DNA of 64,000 bases from Candidatus Latescibacterota bacterium (GTDB lineage Bacteria; Latescibacterota; UBA2968; UBA8231). Position 1 is the stretch's first letter. Every line of letters starts with the position of its first letter. The notes below the pieces were generated by a model. It searched no databases and was not told where the DNA came from. It was given only the letters and a program-made list of their open reading frames with translations. The position numbers and the translations under genes were made by a program. Positions 49,380 to 58,170 of the stretch are shown here, in pieces. The stretch spans positions 1,504,001-1,568,000 of the forward strand of contig CBDFJF010000001.1 in assembly GCA_965248265.1 (NCBI GenBank), given 5' to 3'.

Positions 49380-50003
49380 TCCTCTATGATGCTGCGAGCG
49401 CTGTGGCGGCAGCGAACTGGCTCTGATAAGGTCGCGTGCCGAACTTGGCAAGATCCTTCTTCAGGTAGAATATACCTCCGCTGCACAGACGCTCACCAGC
49501 TTTGAGATGGTCCAGCAATGCCTTTGCGTCAGTGTGTAGTGGCTATAAAACGGGTTATCGCGAGTTCCGGTCAAGCCCTGATGCGCGGCTTTGAGCCCTT
49601 GAACCGGGTAGAGGTGGTGTGTGCCAGTGGTCCCGGAGGCGATGGGGTGGGGTGAAGTTGGCGCGATGGCGTGGCCGCGGGTTGGTAGGACCCCGCGGTG
49701 GGTTGACCGAGCGCAGCGGTGGCGTGACGGGCCTGGTTCAGGCCGCGGACGCTGCGAGCAGCATTTCGAACTCGGGCTGGGGATGGGGGCGAGCGAGAAA
49801 AAATACCACGGCGGTGCTTGGAGAGCAATCCGTGTTTGTTCCCCTCCCGCCGTTTCAGGCTTACTGGATTCTCAAAGCAAATTAGTTCATATCTCTTAGC
49901 ATTCTAGATGTATTGCTCGATCCTTCACATACTTGGGATGGCAAAGCTAACCTACCTTTCTCTCGCTGGCCTTTAGCCAGGAAGGACAACCATAGCCCTG
50001 ATC

Positions 50004-51695
50004 ATGAGCCAAGACGACAGGCATCCTCTGTATATCCCCTATGCTGGCCCTTCCTTGTTGGAAACACCGCTGCTGAACAAGGGCTGTGCCTTTAGCGCCG
50101 AGGAGCGCACCAGTTTTAACTTGACCGGCTTATTGCCGCCCCGCTACGAGGGTATCGATGAACAGGTCAAGCGTGCCTACATGCAGTATTCTGCCTGCCA
50201 GAGTGCGTTGGAAAAACATGTCTACTTGCGTGGCATTCAGGACACCAATGAAACCTTGTTCTACCGTCTGGTGACGGATCACCTCGAAGAGATGATGCCG
50301 ATCATCTATACCCCGACGGTAGGTGATGCCTGTGAACAGTTTTCCGATATCTACCGCAGCAATCGGGGGTTGTTCATTTCGTACCCGGAACGGGATTATA
50401 TCGACGATATTCTGCGAAACGCCACCAAGCAGAAGGTGAAAGTGATCGTCGTGACCGATGGAGAGCGCATCCTTGGCCTTGGCGACCAGGGCATTGGTGG
50501 GATGGGGATTCCGATAGGCAAGTTGTCGCTGTATACCGCCTGCGGTGGCATCAGCCCTGCTTACACCCTGCCGGTGATGCTGGATGTGGGCACCAACAAT
50601 GAGAAATTGCTGAACAATCCGATGTACATGGGCTGGCGTCACAAGCGTATTGGCGAAGGAGAGTACCGTGAGTTTGTCGATACCTTCATCAAGGCAGTGC
50701 AGCGCCGTTGGCCGAAGGTGTTTCTGCAGTTTGAAGATTTCGCCCAGCCTAATGCGATGCCGTTGCTTACCCGCTATCGCAATGAGATCTGCTGCTTCAA
50801 CGACGATATTCAGGGCACGGCGGCCGTAACCGTAGGCACCCTGTTGGCGGCGTGCCGGGTGAAGGGTAGCCGACTCAGCGAGCAGCGCGTCGTATTCGTT
50901 GGTGCTGGCTCAGCCGGCTGCGGCATAGCCGAACAAGTGATCAACGAAATGCGCAACGAAGGCCTGTCGGATGCTGACGCACGCGCTCGCATTTTCATGG
51001 TCGACAGACACGGCCTGGTGACAGCAGGCATGGGGGGGCTTCGAGACTTCCAGGAGAAGTTGACTCAGCCTAAGGCCGCTATCGCGCAGTGGAGCTTCAG
51101 CGATGAATTTGCATCCCTGCTGGATGTGATGCACGGCGCAAAACCCACGGTGCTGATTGGAGTGTCCGGTGTGCCGGGGTTATTCACCGAGCCGGTGATT
51201 CAGGCAATGTGCACGGGATGTGAACAGCCGATCATCTTCCCACTCAGCAATCCGTCTCGCCAGGTAGAGGCAACGCCGGAGCAGGTACTGACCTGGACTG
51301 ACGGGCAGGCGATAGTTGCCACGGGCAGCCCGTTCAAACCAGTGGAGCTGAACGGCAAGCATCACCCAATAGTGCAGTGTAACAACAGCTACATCTTCCC
51401 CGGATTGGGTCTTGGGGTTATCGCCTGTGGAGCCAGTCGGATCGCTGATGAAATGCTGATGGCCGCCAGCGAAACACTCGCCGCCAGCTCCCCGTTGGCC
51501 AATACCGGGCAGGGCGAGTTGCTGCCGCCCATCACCGGCATCGCGGCGTTGAGCAAGCAAATCGCCTTTGCCGTGGGCAAGGTTGCGCAGTCGCAAGGGC
51601 TGGCGCTGGAGATCTCCGATGAGCGCCTACAGGAGTTGATCGAGCGAAACTACTGGCATCCTGAATATCGCAGTTATCGTCGCGTCAGCTTCTGA
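50004..51695 (+). CDS. maeA: NAD-dependent malic enzyme
   Basis: [57 protein letters not shown]. Confidence 0.95.
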   Translation: MSQDDRHPLYIPYAGPSLLETPLLNKGCAFSAEERTSFNLTGLLPPRYEGIDEQVKRAYMQYSACQSALEKHVYLRGIQDTNETLFYRLVTDHLEEMMPIIYTPTVGDACEQFSDIYRSNRGLFISYPERDYIDDILRNATKQKVKVIVVTDGERILGLGDQGIGGMGIPIGKLSLYTACGGISPAYTLPVMLDVGTNNEKLLNNPMYMGWRHKRIGEGEYREFVDTFIKAVQRRWPKVFLQFEDFAQPNAMPLLTRYRNEICCFNDDIQGTAAVTVGTLLAACRVKGSRLSEQRVVFVGAGSAGCGIAEQVINEMRNEGLSDADARARIFMVDRHGLVTAGMGGLRDFQEKLTQPKAAIAQWSFSDEFASLLDVMHGAKPTVLIGVSGVPGLFTEPVIQAMCTGCEQPIIFPLSNPSRQVEATPEQVLTWTDGQAIVATGSPFKPVELNGKHHPIVQCNNSYIFPGLGLGVIACGASRIADEMLMAASETLAASSPLANTGQGELLPPITGIAALSKQIAFAVGKVAQSQGLALEISDERLQELIERNYWHPEYRSYRRVSF

Positions 51696-51876
51696 CAGCA
51701 GAGCACGATGACCTGGCGCATGCTGCTTAGCGCCAATCCGAACGGGTGCCCTTTTACCAATCCTTCTCGAGACAAGTGTCCATCCCGGGTTCATGACCGA
51801 CTGGCAAGCGGCCGTCGCGGCTGAAGGCGGCTCCACGCTCATGGACGTCGACCAGATTGATCGAGGCAATGCTAGA

Positions 51877-52110
51877 ATGGACCCGGCAAATGCGTACTTG
51901 ATTTGCACGACCCCGCGCGCGGGCAGCACTTTGTTGGGTGGACTTCTTCAGTCCACAGAGGTTGCTGGAAACCCGGAGTCCTATTTTCGTCAACCCGACG
52001 AAAGCTCATTCGCTGAACGATGGGGCATTGATCGCTCGACTGATGGCGTATTCGACTACGCCGATTACCTGCGAGCGGCGTGCAACGCCGGTAGCACCGT
52101 AAACGGGTGG
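51877..52110 (+). pseudogene. Stf0-family sulfotransferase N-terminal fragment
   Basis: YLICTTPRAGSTLL..GNPESYF..TVNG, then it runs into the IS91 remnant. Confidence 0.75.
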
Positions 52111-52697
52111 TTTCTTCGGGCCCTCTCCGTTGTCGACATAGACACCGTCCAGCAAGAGAACATGCCAGTGCGGGTTGAGATTCAACGCCGAGCCAAATCG
52201 CTGCACGAAGGTCACTGAGCCGCAGCGACCGTCGGCGAACCCCTGTCTTTGTGCTTGGCGTCGGTACCAACCATAAACGACGCGGAGGAAGACGGCTAGC
52301 AAATCGCTGACGAGCACACCGTCCCAGGCCAGGCGATAGCGGATCTCGTAAGGCAGGCTCAGGACCCACTGACGCACCGGCACTTTCGGCAGGACCTCGT
52401 CAGTCAGGCGGGCGGCCGTATCGGCCATGCGCCGTCCCATACAACTGGGACAAAATGAGCGGCGCTGGCACGAGAACGCGACCACGCGATCCTTGCCGCA
52501 GTCCTCACACCGTACGCGCAGAAATCCGTTTGCGAGAATTCCACACTCAAGGTAACCGCGGAGCTCCTTCTCGACATGCACCGGCAGCTGTCGATCGGAT
52601 GAGCGCGTGCGCTCGATGAAGGTCTCCCCCCACGTGCTCGGCTAGCACGCGATAGAGAGGCTCTTTCTCTGGCGTGCGACGTCGCAACGGCCCACTG
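52110..52697 (-). mobile_element. IS91-family (Y2/HUH) transposase, truncated and frameshifted
   Basis: YLECG..CEDC..FSCQRRSFCPSC zinc domain, RQWVLSLP, QRFGSALNLNPHWH (HUH); frameshift in the C6 run at about 52626-31; catalytic Tyr region missing. Confidence 0.88.
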
Positions 52698-52775
52698 GTA
52701 TCCTCCTCGACAGCGTTTGGGCGCGGCGATACCTTCGACCGCTGGTCCCTTCACTGTCACCTGAGAGTAGTCACC

Positions 52776-54422
52776 ATGAACGGCATCGAAACCATCGCCC
52801 ACATCCTCAAGACCGAGGGCGTCGAATGGCTGGCCTGCTATCCCAACAACCCCCTCATCGAGGCCGTCGCAAAAGAAGGAATCAGGCCGATCGCCTTCCG
52901 CCACGAGCGCGGGGCCGTCATGGCCGCAGACGGTTACAGTCGCACCAGCGGCCGCAAGCGCTTCGGCGTCGTTGCGGTACAATGCCAGGCTGGTGCCGAA
53001 AATTCCTTGGGTGGACTCGCCCAGGCCCACGCGGACAACGTGCCGATTCTGATGCTGCCGGGCGGCAACAACCTCGACCTGCTCGGAGTGCGCCCTAACT
53101 TCTCGGTCGGGCACACCTACAAGGATGTAACCCGGCGGGTGGAGACCATCTACAAACCCGAGCAGATCGTCGGTGCCATGCGTCGAGCCTTCAACGCACT
53201 CCGCAATGGACCGGGTGGCCCCGTCGTCGTCGAGATGAGCGAAGACGTGTGTGCCTGTGAGGTACCGGCGGATGGGCCTGCGTACAAACCGCCCACTGCA
53301 GCGCGACAGCTCCCGGCCACCGATGACATCGACGCCGCGGCCGAAGCACTCCTCAATGCCAAACAGCCATTGATCTGGGCCGGAGCCGGCGTCCTGTTTG
53401 CATCGGCGACCGAGGAGCTGAAGAGGCTGGCTGAGCTGACCCAGATTCCCGTGTTCTGCACCATGCCGGGAAAATCGGCTTTCGACGAACGCCACCCGTT
53501 GGCGTTGGGCTCTGGAAGCCGTGCCACGACACTGGCCGCTCACAACTGGATCCAGGAGTGCGACGTGGTCTTGGCTCTGGGTTCCAGTCTGACCTGGTCA
53601 CTCTACGCCCAAGTCATTCCACCCGGCAAGTCCATCATCCACAACACCGACAACCCCGACGAACTCAACAAGGACGAAGACGTCGCAATCCCCTTGCTCG
53701 GCGACGCCCGCATGACCATCCAGGCGTTGATCGCGGCGATCGAGGAACGCAGCGGAGCCGGGGAAGAATCGCGCTGGCCGGACACGGCCGAACGCCTGGC
53801 GGGTCACCGCAAAGAATGGCTGTCCCAGTGGCAACCGTTGCTGGACTCCGACGAGGAGCCCCTCAACACCTACCGGGTGATCGGCGACATCGATCGTACC
53901 CTCGACCGCGAGAACAGCATCGTCACCCACGACGCCGGCGCACCGCGCGACTCCATCGTCCCCTTCTACACCGCGACCACTCCTCACAGCTACATCGGCT
54001 GGGGCAAGACCACGCATCTGGGCTTCGGCATTCCACTGATGATCGGCGCCAAGCTGGCGCATCCAGACAAATTCTGCCTCAACCTGATGGGAGATGGTGC
54101 CTTCGGCATGTCGGGGATGGACATCGAAACCTCCGTGCGAGCCGGGGTGCCCATCACCACAGTTGTACTCAACAACAGCGGCATGGCGACTTACCCTGGT
54201 TCCTGGTTTCCCACAGCCCGTGAGGACTTTGGAGTTTCGAACATGTGTGGGGACTATGCGCAGATTGCCTCGGGAATGGGCGCTGAAGGAATCGTGGTGA
54301 GGCGAGTTGCCGAAATGGTACCGGCGCTCGAACAAGCGCAACACCTCAATGACGAGGGCAAGACGGTGCTGATCGACGTCCACTCTAACCTCGAAGGACG
54401 GCGCTCTCGCTGGGATCGCTGA
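52776..54422 (+). CDS. Thiamine-pyrophosphate-binding enzyme (acetolactate synthase-like)
   Basis: RHERGAVMAADGY, GDGAFGM..VVLNN. Confidence 0.92.
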   Translation: MNGIETIAHILKTEGVEWLACYPNNPLIEAVAKEGIRPIAFRHERGAVMAADGYSRTSGRKRFGVVAVQCQAGAENSLGGLAQAHADNVPILMLPGGNNLDLLGVRPNFSVGHTYKDVTRRVETIYKPEQIVGAMRRAFNALRNGPGGPVVVEMSEDVCACEVPADGPAYKPPTAARQLPATDDIDAAAEALLNAKQPLIWAGAGVLFASATEELKRLAELTQIPVFCTMPGKSAFDERHPLALGSGSRATTLAAHNWIQECDVVLALGSSLTWSLYAQVIPPGKSIIHNTDNPDELNKDEDVAIPLLGDARMTIQALIAAIEERSGAGEESRWPDTAERLAGHRKEWLSQWQPLLDSDEEPLNTYRVIGDIDRTLDRENSIVTHDAGAPRDSIVPFYTATTPHSYIGWGKTTHLGFGIPLMIGAKLAHPDKFCLNLMGDGAFGMSGMDIETSVRAGVPITTVVLNNSGMATYPGSWFPTAREDFGVSNMCGDYAQIASGMGAEGIVVRRVAEMVPALEQAQHLNDEGKTVLIDVHSNLEGRRSRWDR

Positions 54423-54424
54423 CG

Positions 54425-55903
54425 TTACAGGCCTGAGGGGTAGGGGCTATAGTCGACGATGATCTCGATCTCCTCCAGTTGAACGCTGCCGTACAGCCCC
54501 TCCGGTCGACTCTCCAGGTCAACCCGCAGGATGTTGTCCCCTTTGTGCGGCAGGATGGCCCGCAGGTGAAAATCCAGCCAGTGATTCCTGGCTCCGGAAT
54601 GATTGAAGGTATCGGGCTCACTCTTGCGCACCCGGTGCATGGTTTCCCCCGCCAGTGACTGCCCGTTCAACACCACGCTGAAGCGATCAGCCGAGACGTG
54701 ATTGCTGAAGAACAGGCGCAGTCGCACCTCCGTGGCGCGGTTGTCCGGGCCACCCAGATTGTCGGCGATGTAGAACTCGATTTCCACTCCACCGCTTCCC
54801 GCTTCCTCCGACTTGAACTCATGCGGAATGACATGGTCGTAGCCGATGGCGGCGGCGTCCGCTGAACGCCGGGCAAACACGTAATGCTTCCTGGCCTCCT
54901 TCGTCAGCTCAGCATCCCCCCACTCGGTCAGGATCGAGCGCTCCTCGATACCCAGCGGCCAGTGGAACATGTAGCTGTAGAGGCCGTCGACTCCCCAGTC
55001 CCAGTAGTTGGCGGCCGCGGCGCGAAAGTGTTCGGCCCCGGCGTACTCCTTGATGGCGGCACCGGTGACATCGCTGCGCACGTAGTGCTGCAGGAAGCCG
55101 TAGACGGATGCATCCGCTTCGTGTGCCGGCTCCACCACCCAGCGGAAGGGCATGTTCGGATCAAGATCGGTGTAGGCGTATTGAACCGGCACGACGAAAT
55201 CCAGCAACCCCTCGGCAAGCCACGCCCGCACGTCCAGGCCTTGAGCCAGATTCGCCCCCTCCGACGGGTAAATGCGAGCCCCGAAAACCCGTGATCCGTC
55301 GCCGCTCGATCGCACCAGCGCAGAAGCCTGCCGCACCCAATCGGTCATGATCGCGGTGCCGTCGGCAACTTCGTCCCGGGGGAAATAGAACGACCCGCTG
55401 GCATCGAAGGCCGCGGTGTAATCGAGCTCGAAGCCATCGATGGCGTAGTCGGTGATCAGTTCGTCAACTATAGCTATCTGATGGTCTCGTACTTCTTGGT
55501 GGCCCCAACCGCGACCACCCTTGTCGAGCTTGTGATCCTCCTGCATCCCGCCGTAGGTCGACAATCGCAGGTCGGCGAAAAAGTCCATTCCCCTGGCGTG
55601 GGCGCGATCGATGACGACCCCGAGAGGATCGAGCCCGGCATCCAGCAGGCTTTGCATGCACTCCCAGGCTCGCCACACGATCTGGCTCTTGAACGGCCGC
55701 ATATCACTGCCGAAACGCACCCCGACCTCCGTCGGCCAGAACGCCCCGTCACCCCGCTCGACACAGTAACTCAGCGTGTCGACGGCCGTTCCCGCGACCT
55801 CGTCCACGGGCACCCAGGCATCCTCCATCCTCATCGGTGGCTCGAACATCCACAGGTAGTTGTGGCGCGCGTCGTTGTGGTAGATGGTCCGTTTCTGTCT
55901 CAT
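54425..55903 (-). CDS. Glycosyl hydrolase-like 10 (TIM-barrel) protein
   Basis: DRAHARGMDFF..R, IDGFELDY, WLAEGLLD, GVDGLY. Confidence 0.7.
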   Translation of the reverse strand: MRQKRTIYHNDARHNYLWMFEPPMRMEDAWVPVDEVAGTAVDTLSYCVERGDGAFWPTEVGVRFGSDMRPFKSQIVWRAWECMQSLLDAGLDPLGVVIDRAHARGMDFFADLRLSTYGGMQEDHKLDKGGRGWGHQEVRDHQIAIVDELITDYAIDGFELDYTAAFDASGSFYFPRDEVADGTAIMTDWVRQASALVRSSGDGSRVFGARIYPSEGANLAQGLDVRAWLAEGLLDFVVPVQYAYTDLDPNMPFRWVVEPAHEADASVYGFLQHYVRSDVTGAAIKEYAGAEHFRAAAANYWDWGVDGLYSYMFHWPLGIEERSILTEWGDAELTKEARKHYVFARRSADAAAIGYDHVIPHEFKSEEAGSGGVEIEFYIADNLGGPDNRATEVRLRLFFSNHVSADRFSVVLNGQSLAGETMHRVRKSEPDTFNHSGARNHWLDFHLRAILPHKGDNILRVDLESRPEGLYGSVQLEEIEIIVDYSPYPSGL

Positions 55904-56004
55904 TGCCTTCCCAACCTGTTGTTATACAAAGTGTTATGGAATCGCAGGGCCCGCGTATCTAACCCACATCTAACATTGGGCACGGATTCATTATAATAGG
56001 GCGC

Positions 56005-56415
56005 CTATTGGTACTCGAACAACGCGCCCCTAATCTCCAGCGTGTCGAAGGCGAATTTGAACCACCAATCTCCCTGGCTCCTGCTTTGGGTGCTGTCTTG
56101 CTTGTCTTTCTCGAAGTCCCAGCGCCATTGCCCCCTGGCCACCAGGCGCACTTTCACGTCGCCGTCATCAATCTCTCTGATGATGTAATCCCCCCAGGCC
56201 TTGTACAGCTCTCGCCCTTCGACCAGCTTGGTGTGAAATGTCCAGTGGGGATCGTTCCGGAAGTCATACCACGACAGCGCCTCCAGGCGCCCGGATGGCG
56301 TGCCTACGCTGCGAGAGAGCTTGTACCGGTGTACTTCGGCGAGCGGATCTAATACGGGCGCAACGGGGCTGTCGCTGCAGGCTGTCAGAAGCAGCAATGC
56401 GATCAGCCATTTCAT
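56005..56415 (-). CDS. Prophage lipoprotein
   Basis: MKWLIALLLLTAC lipobox; beta-rich mature part. Confidence 0.75.
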   Translation of the reverse strand: MKWLIALLLLTACSDSPVAPVLDPLAEVHRYKLSRSVGTPSGRLEALSWYDFRNDPHWTFHTKLVEGRELYKAWGDYIIREIDDGDVKVRLVARGQWRWDFEKDKQDSTQSRSQGDWWFKFAFDTLEIRGALFEYQ

Positions 56416-56636
56416 CAGGATGACCCTCCGGCCGCCTTCAGCGCGTAGGCGACGAGCCCACCTCCTGCTGTCCCGGTCGCCAGGGACCACATGGCAATCT
56501 TTACCTTCACGGCCACCATGTCTCCGCGCAGGCTGGAGATATCTCCGCGCAGACCCTCTATCAGATCGTTGTGTCGCTCCAACTCATTAAGCACGAGCTT
56601 TTGGTATTCTCGCCAGCCATTCTCCATCTCAGCCAT
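56415..56636 (-). CDS. Coiled-coil protein with C-terminal TM (XhlA/holin-like)
   Basis: Heptad LRGDISSLRGDM followed by a hydrophobic C-terminus. Confidence 0.65.
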   Translation of the reverse strand: MAEMENGWREYQKLVLNELERHNDLIEGLRGDISSLRGDMVAVKVKIAMWSLATGTAGGGLVAYALKAAGGSS

Positions 56637-57057
56637 CCCCCGACTCCTCGAAAATCGCCATCACTGACTGCGGCCCAGTAGGACACACCCTGATCTTCCA
56701 CCGGCTCTGCGATGCTACGATGGACTGGTCTTGCGGCTCCATTTCCACCTCTTTGGTCTGCTGATCTCGTGCCGCCGCGATGTACACTCCACCAATTTCC
56801 TTGCAGACCTCACGGGTGTCTGGAGCTAATTCATCGAACCGAAGCCCCGTCAATTCCTCCAAAGGAGTTTTGAACTTTCCAATCCTGTGCCATCCGTCGT
56901 TCATTGCCAGAATCCGACACGACAACGGGTCTTCCATCTCTTCGATTGCAATAACAATCACACCCCACGGAAGCGCATCAATAGCAGCCTTGAGCGCGTC
57001 GACATGCTGTTCTGACTTCTCAAATAGCTGCCGAAGCCTCGCGATGTTGTCACTCAT
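56629..57057 (-). CDS. Stand-alone PAS-fold protein
   Basis: LKAAIDALPWGVIVI..RILAMNDG..EELTGLRFDELAP..WKIRVCP..VMAIFE follows the PAS pattern. Confidence 0.7.
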   Translation of the reverse strand: MSDNIARLRQLFEKSEQHVDALKAAIDALPWGVIVIAIEEMEDPLSCRILAMNDGWHRIGKFKTPLEELTGLRFDELAPDTREVCKEIGGVYIAAARDQQTKEVEMEPQDQSIVASQSRWKIRVCPTGPQSVMAIFEESGDG

Positions 57058-57238
57058 CCGAGTTCCGACTGGCCAAATCCGGACTCCAGCGATGCGCGAG
57101 AATGGTCATCAACGAGATCATGGCTGCCGTGACCTCCGGAGGTGGCTGCATCTGAAACACCCAAGTGATCAGCACGACAACGCTGCTGGCTACGACGGTG
57201 GCAACATCTCGCTGACCTTCTCTGATTCTGCGCGACAT
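57050..57238 (-). CDS. Small two-TM holin-like protein
   Basis: ATVVASSVVVLITWVF..PPEVTAAMISLMTIL. Confidence 0.65.
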   Translation of the reverse strand: MSRRIREGQRDVATVVASSVVVLITWVFQMQPPPEVTAAMISLMTILAHRWSPDLASRNSDE

Positions 57239-57363
57239 TACCTACTCCACAGATGAATCAGAGCCCCAATGGCGACCAGCGAGAAGGCGGCAAGGCCGAC
57301 CAACACCGGCCATTCGGCCCTGCCGACCTTCAATCCACGGACTCTGTCACGCCGCCGGCGCAT
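57238..57363 (-). CDS. Small single-TM protein (41 aa, not in the ORF track)
   Basis: MRRRRDRVRGLKVGRAEWPVLVGLAAFSLVAIGALIHLWSR; fills the gap exactly and its TAA overlaps the next ATG. Confidence 0.6.
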   Translation of the reverse strand: MRRRRDRVRGLKVGRAEWPVLVGLAAFSLVAIGALIHLWSR

Positions 57364-57365
57364 TA

Positions 57366-57563
57366 CTATGGAGCAGCCAGGGCTTCGATGAACTCAGCAG
57401 CGGCTTGCGCGACAGGTTCGGGAATTCCACCCCAAACCAGTAAGACCGTGATCAGGGCAACCCCTGACGCTACCAGGCGGGCTCGACGGCCAGATACAGC
57501 GGCGCCGTTATCTTGTCGCCCCAGGATGCCAGTAACACGCCCGATAGCCTTCAGTGGATTCAT
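57366..57563 (-). CDS. Small membrane protein
   Basis: 65 aa with one TM (LVASGVALITVLLVW). Confidence 0.6.
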   Translation of the reverse strand: MNPLKAIGRVTGILGRQDNGAAVSGRRARLVASGVALITVLLVWGGIPEPVAQAAAEFIEALAAP

Positions 57564-57943
57564 TCGTCCTCGTCAGTGTGCCCCTTGATGGCCTCGAACA
57601 CCCGGGCATAGATCAACGGCGACGGAAACGCCTTCTCTACCATCTCCAGCACCATCTTCTCCTGCTTGTCTTTCAGGCGGATGGTGGGGAAATCGTCATC
57701 GTCAGATTTCCCTTTGATCTTCAAAGCCAGGTTGAAGCGCTTGAGGCGCTGCGTACCGTCAGCCGCCTTGTCGTTGGGCGGCGTGCTCATCAAGGCATCG
57801 CACACCAGTTTGCCGAGAGGCACATTGGGTTCCCCTTCCTTCGTGTCGTCCTTGAGGGGCTCGCCGTCCAAGCCCATTACCGGCTGATTGAAATCAATGC
57901 CCAACGGCAGTGTCTGCGTTTCTTGCTCTGTGACTTCACTCAA
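57560..57943 (-). CDS. Phage protein, possibly a tail fibre chaperone
   Basis: IDFNQPVMGLDGEP..KRFNLALKI..SPLIYAR; AGGAGG RBS; follows the fibre gene. Confidence 0.6.
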   Translation of the reverse strand: MSEVTEQETQTLPLGIDFNQPVMGLDGEPLKDDTKEGEPNVPLGKLVCDALMSTPPNDKAADGTQRLKRFNLALKIKGKSDDDDFPTIRLKDKQEKMVLEMVEKAFPSPLIYARVFEAIKGHTDEDE

Positions 57944-57955
57944 ATCGCACCTCCT

Positions 57956-58159
57956 TTATGAGTTGGCTGCCTTCAGTGCTTCCTTCTCGGCCAGCGTCTT
58001 ACTGTTCCACCAACTATTAACATCGTTGGCGGCAATGGCATCTGCTTCCTCTTCCGCCCTTGCCTGCGCGAGAACTTGAAAGGTCGTGCCATTGGCAGTG
58101 GCGTAAGCATCAAGCGCATCCTGCCTTGATTGCGAAAGAGAAATTGTAGTGTCTGGCAT
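57956..58159 (-). CDS. Small phage protein
   Basis: MPDTTISLSQ.., AAGGGG RBS. Confidence 0.6.
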   Translation of the reverse strand: MPDTTISLSQSRQDALDAYATANGTTFQVLAQARAEEEADAIAANDVNSWWNSKTLAEKEALKAANS

Positions 58160-58170
58160 TGTGTGCCCCT

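Noticed and set aside
49380-49560. Cobalamin riboswitch upstream of the BtuB-like receptor
   Set aside because: No B12-box or GGGAA/GCCACTG core is visible on the minus strand
49570-49800. rRNA or other structured ncRNA
   Set aside because: G-rich with hairpins but no recognisable conserved rRNA, tmRNA or RNase P motif
55930-55975. tRNA/tmRNA 3' end serving as the prophage att site
   Set aside because: No T-arm (GTTCGA/TCGAAC) or CCA-end pattern on either strand
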